Shown: piece after piece, positions 59,899-64,000 of the stretch
How positions within the stretch are numbered: the first letter of the stretch is position 1
Layout: every line of letters starts with the position of its first letter
Source of the DNA: an uncultured Gemmatimonadaceae bacterium
Lineage (GTDB): Bacteria; Gemmatimonadota; Gemmatimonadetes; Gemmatimonadales; Gemmatimonadaceae
DNA length: 64,000 bases
Assembly: GCA_963829055.1 (NCBI GenBank)
Contig: CAWHHI010000017.1
Coordinates: forward strand, 96,001 to 160,000
Reading direction: 5' to 3'
Notes under the pieces: generated by a model
The model's database searches: none
Seen by the model: only the letters and a program-made list of their open reading frames with translations
What the model was told of the DNA's origin: nothing
Position numbers and translations under genes: made by a program

Positions 59899-61789
59899 AT
59901 GAACCGTTCTCATGTGATTCATCGCGCGGCGATTGTCGCGGCGTTCGTCGCCATCTCGCTCGATGCCGTGTCGTGCTCGCGCGCGACCACCACGACGCCG
60001 AGTCCGGGACCGCGCGTGGCGTCAGTTCCACAACCGGCGCCCGTCAAGCTGCCTGCTCCCCCGACTCGCTACGATTGGCCGCCGTACGATCCGCGCGCAA
60101 AGCTGACCGCAGCGCAGGCGAAGTGGATCGACAGCACGCTCGCGTCGCTCCCGCTTCGCGAGCGCATCGGCCAGATGGTCATGGTCTGGGTGCTCGGCGA
60201 CTACACGAGCTACGACGACTCCACGTTCGCCGAGGTGCGGCGGTGGATCGAGCGCGATCACATCGGCGGCGTCAGCATGTCGTTAGGCACGCCGATCGAG
60301 GTCGCGGCCAAGATCAACAACATGCAGCGGCTGTCGCGCGTGCCGCTCATGACCTCGGCCGATCTCGAGCCGGGACTCGGACGGCTCGAGGGTGGCGTTT
60401 TCTCGCACTACCTGCTGGACGCGGGTGGCGCGACGGTGTTCCCGAGCGCGATGGCGATCGCCGCGACGGGACGCGATGAGGACGCGTACGACGTCGCGAA
60501 GATCATTGCGCAGGAAGCGCGCGCCGTCGGCATTCAGGTCAACTTCTCGCCGGTCGTGGACGTCAACAACAATCCATCGAACCCGGTCATCAACACGCGA
60601 TCGTTCGGAGAGGACCCTCAGCGCGTCGCCCGCTTGTCGGCCGCGTTCGTGCGCGGCACGCAGGACGGCGGCGCGGTGTCGACGGCGAAGCACTTCCCGG
60701 GGCATGGCGACACCGACGTCGACTCGCACGTCGGACTCCCGATCGTCGCCGCGAACTGGACCCGACTGGACACGTTGGAGCTCGTGCCGTTTCGCGCGGC
60801 CATCGCGGCCGGGGCGGGCATGGTGATGACGGCGCACATCGCGCTGCCCGTCGTCGAAGGCGACTCGACGACGCCCGCGACGCTCGCGCCGCGCATCATC
60901 ACGGGCGTGCTGCGCGACTCGCTGAAATTCCGCGGTCTCGCGATCACCGACGCGATGACCATGGAAGGCGTCGGCAAGGGCTACGGCGTCGAGGAAAGTT
61001 CGGTGCTCGCGGTGAAGGCGGGTGCGGACATCATCCTCAAGCCGAGCGATCCGACGAAGGCGATCGACGCGGTGCTCGCGGCGGTGGAGCGCGGCGAGAT
61101 CTCGCGCGCGCGCATCGACTCGGCCGCGCGACGCGTGCTCGAGATGAAGGCGCGGACGGGCATCGCGTTCCGGCCGATCGCCGACCTCGATGCGCTACGC
61201 GAAGTCGTTGGCTCCCGCGAGCATCGTGCGACGGCCGACGACATCGCGCGCCGAGCAGTGACGGTCCTGCGCGACAGAAGTGCGCTGCTGCCGGCCGCGG
61301 GGCGCCGCGTAGCAGTCGTGCAGTACATGCCGGAGACGGAGATTCGCGCCGGGAAAATCTTCGGCGGCGAGATTCGCGCGGCAATTCCCGGCGCGCGTGT
61401 GTTCAAGGTGTCACCGGCGACATCGCTGAGCGATCTCGATTCGTTGACTCGGCAGGTCGCGGGGTCGGATCGCGTGATCGTCGCGGCGTACGTGCGCCGG
61501 ATCGAAGGCGAGGGGCGTCCCGCGGTGCCGCCTCACATCGCACGCTGGATCGATACCCTGGCAAAGAAGGAGAAGGTGGTCGTCGTGGCGTTAGGTAATC
61601 CGTATCTGATCCGCCAGTTCCCGAACGTGTCGACGTATCTGGTGACGTACGGGGTAGGCGATGCGCTCGAGCGCGCGGCGGTCGGCGTGGTCCTCGGCCG
61701 CGCAGCGGCGACGGGAACAACGCCGGTGTCGCTGCCGGGCTTCTTCAAGAGAGGGCGATGGCATCCGGCGCGAGCCTGGTACGCGATAG
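59899..61789 (+). CDS. GH3 beta-N-acetylglucosaminidase-like protein; probable +1 frameshift near 61753 (the ORF track runs to 61854)
   Basis: SADLEPG, FSPVVDVN..NPVINTRSFG, KHFPGHGDTDVDSH, MTAHI, ITDAMTM; corrected end FFKRGDGIRREPGTR*. Confidence 0.9.
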
Positions 61790-61808
61790 GCGCTGATCCT
61801 GGTCGCAT

Positions 61809-62068
61809 GGCGTCATCGCGCCGGGGCCGGTGGGAACTACGATTGCGCGGATGACGCGGAACAGCCGGATACGACGCTTCGGCAGGCGCGCTCCTCGACG
61901 CGACTGAGCGGGATTCGGGAACGGCCGCTCGGGACGCATGCGTCCCGAGCGGCCGTTCCCATTATTCAGAGTCCGGTGATGAGCCAGCGTCGATGCAAAG
62001 CCGTATCCGGCCGTTTTCCGTGTCATCCGTCAAATCGCAGTTCCCACCGACCGCGGCGCGACGATGCC
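61809..62068. mobile_element. Family B MITE-like repeat (single left arm, hairpin, right arm)
   Basis: CATCGCGCCGGGGCCGGTGGGAACTACGATT...; hairpin 61918-61959; right arm matches 11843-11920. Confidence 0.75.
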
Positions 62069-62083
62069 GTGAGTGCAAGCGGC

Positions 62084-62664
62084 CTAACGTGAGGCCCCAA
62101 CTTTACGCCGGGCACGCGAGGGTTTCTTCGTAGCACTCGTGACCACCCGATAGTTCGACAACACACAACCTCCGTCGATTATCCGCGACTCCGTGAGCTG
62201 CAGAGAAATTCTTCTCCCGGGATCGCGGAAGAACGGCACTCCCGACCCGAGCAGGATCGGGTGCACGTTCAGCCCGACCTCGTCGATCACGCCTGCCGCA
62301 AAGAGCGACTGAGCGAGCTCGCCGCCACCCATCACGCAGATCCCCTTCCCCGGCTGCTCCTTCAGCCCGCGCACGAACTCGCCGGCATCGCTCGACACGA
62401 GATGGGCGCCATGACCCACTGACTCGAGCGTCCGGGAAAACACGTACGTCGTGATCCCGCCCGTGCTCGCCGCCGCCACCACCGCCCATCGCGTTCGCGA
62501 CCTCCCACGTCTTCCGGCCCATGAGCATCGTGTCGATGCTCGCCCAGTACGTCGTTCATGACCTCCTGCACATCGCGGCTGAAGTGCAGCCAGTCCATCG
62601 ACCCATCGGGTGGCGCGATGAATCCATCGAGACTGCAGGCGGCGCCGTAGGTGACGGTTCGCAT
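62084..62664 (-). CDS. RibD C-terminal / dihydrofolate reductase-like protein, two frameshifts
   Basis: ACSLDGFIA..DGSMDWL / MLMGRKTWE / YVFSRTL, MGGGELAQSL, IDE..LNVHPILLGSG; GGAGG RBS. Confidence 0.87.
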
Positions 62665-62794
62665 CCGTATCCTCCGCGTAGGGGCTCCAACAGGGAGCGA
62701 GGCGTGGTCGTTCGCGACGAACGGTTCGTGGACGTTATACTATACCGGCGTTTAGTTTCGAACCTATATCGTCATTTAGAAACGGTCAAGACCC

Positions 62795-63414
62795 GTGAGC
62801 CCGCGTCCACGAAAGGTCAGCGACGACGAGATCTTCGCCGCCACGCACCGCGCCACCATGCGCCTCGCACCGAACGAGCTCACGCTCGCCGAGATCGCGG
62901 CCGAGGCTGGCGTGACGGCGGGCGCGGTGGCGCAACGGTTCGGGTCGAAGCGGGCGCTGTTGCTCGCGCTCGCCAAAGCAGCGGCGCGTCCACCGGCGAC
63001 TTCATCGCGCAGCTACGCGCGGAGCATCGATCGCCGCTCGCGGCGGTACGGGCATACGCCGGATGCATGGCCGGTCTCGCGCAGTCCCCCGCGGCACTCG
63101 CGCGTAACCTGGCCTACCTGCAGATCGACCTCGCCGACCCCGACTTTCGCGAGCAACTCTCCGTGCAGGCGCGCCAGACGCGCGCCGGACTACGCGACCT
63201 GTTCGAGGCGGCGGTGGCCGCGCGCGAGTTGAAGCGCGGCACGGACGTCGACGCGCTTGCCCGCACCGTCGAAGCCATGATCGCCGGATCGCTCATGACG
63301 TGGGCGTTCTACCACGATGGGCCGGCCGAGCGCTGGATCCGCGACGACGTGAACGCCGTGCTCGCGCCCTACCTGCACGACGCGCTCGGCCACGAAGCGA
63401 CGTTGACGCGTTAG
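62795..63414 (+). CDS. TetR-family transcriptional regulator, frameshift near 62985, divergent from the reductase
   Basis: RPRKVSDDEI, LTLAEIAAEAGVTAGAVAQRFGSKRALL HTH; helical C-domain in the second frame. Confidence 0.87.
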
Positions 63415-63424
63415 GCGCTTCGCC

Positions 63425-64000
63425 TCAGGCGAGAATATCCCTCAACGCGGCCACGGCCGCGTCCACTTCGGCCTCGGTATTGTAGTAGTGCGGCGAGAGT
63501 CGTACCGCCGATTTCACGTGCTTGGCGTCGAAGTCGTAGATGCCGAACTCACGCAGCGATGAGACGGTGTTGATCCGCCGATCCTTGAGCGCCCGAACGA
63601 TCGGCTCGGCGTCACGTCCCTCGAACGCCGCCGTGACAATGGCGCACCGCGTCGCGCCACGATCGAGCACGCGCACACCGCGCATGCGCGCCTAACGCAT
63701 CACGCAGCCGCTGTGCGAGCGCCCACGCGCGGGATTGCGCCACGTCGATACCGACGTCGAGGGAGTAGCGCGCCGCTGCAGCCTGGCCGAGCACGAGCGC
63801 GTACGGGAATTCCCAATCCTCGTAGCGACGCGCGGTCGGAACGACCTCGTACGTGCCGGCCTCCACCCAGCGCGCGCCGCGCATGTCGACGAACAGCGGG
63901 TGATCTCCGCGCGCGAGCGCGCGATCGGACGCGAACATGAAGCCGATGCCGCGCGGCCCGCGCATGAACTTGCGCGCCGTGGCCGAGAGGTAGTCGCACT
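63425..64000 (-). CDS. Class V aminotransferase / cysteine desulfurase-like protein, 5' part outside the window, frameshift near 63685
   Basis: DYLSATARKFMRGPRGIGF PLP-lysine motif, ARRYE.WE, CAIVT, VRLSPHYYNTEAEV. Confidence 0.87.

Noticed and set aside
61790..61854. GH3 C-terminal extension into a family B repeat
   Set aside because: Removing one G near 61753 gives a normal end at 61789, before the repeat.
62700..62794. TetR operator in the AT-rich divergent promoter
   Set aside because: Plausible location, but I could not identify a convincing palindrome.
1157..63697. CGTTAGG motif as a Chi/KOPS site, a bldA-like TTA control, or a telomeric TTAGG repeat
   Set aside because: No strand polarity in the window. 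It occurs in non-TTA registers and intergenically, and TTA codons also occur outside it. Copies are dispersed, not tandem.

Overview
A GC-rich (roughly 68-70% by eye) bacterial chromosomal segment with about 48 protein-coding genes. I found no rRNA, tRNA, CRISPR array, transposase or phage genes. The gene content includes four duplicated orphan MacB/FtsX-type (ADOP) permeases, three M28 peptidases, two LytS/LytTR two-component pairs, GH1/GH3/GH9 hydrolases, an amidase, a Ser/Thr kinase and HrpB. This suggests a Gemmatimonadota- or Acidobacteriota-like soil organism (inference, not verified). At least 15 genes carry single-base frameshifts, most likely long-read consensus errors, so many ORF-track entries are fragments or false fusions. 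The strongest unexplained signal is a non-palindromic motif, CGTTAGG(C)/(G)CCTAACG. By manual count it occurs about once per 1.1 kb on both strands and in five of the six reading registers of host genes, built from otherwise rare synonymous codons, which resembles a DNA-uptake-sequence or HIP1-type genome mark. Intergenic regions hold at least six families of REP/MITE-like repeats plus 7/14-bp periodic arrays. Other points of interest are cmoA translationally coupled to a membrane methyltransferase, an ECF sigma-2-like domain fused to FecR, a four-helix-bundle gene bracketed by inverted heptamer arrays, and a kinase with a C-terminal LprI-like domain.
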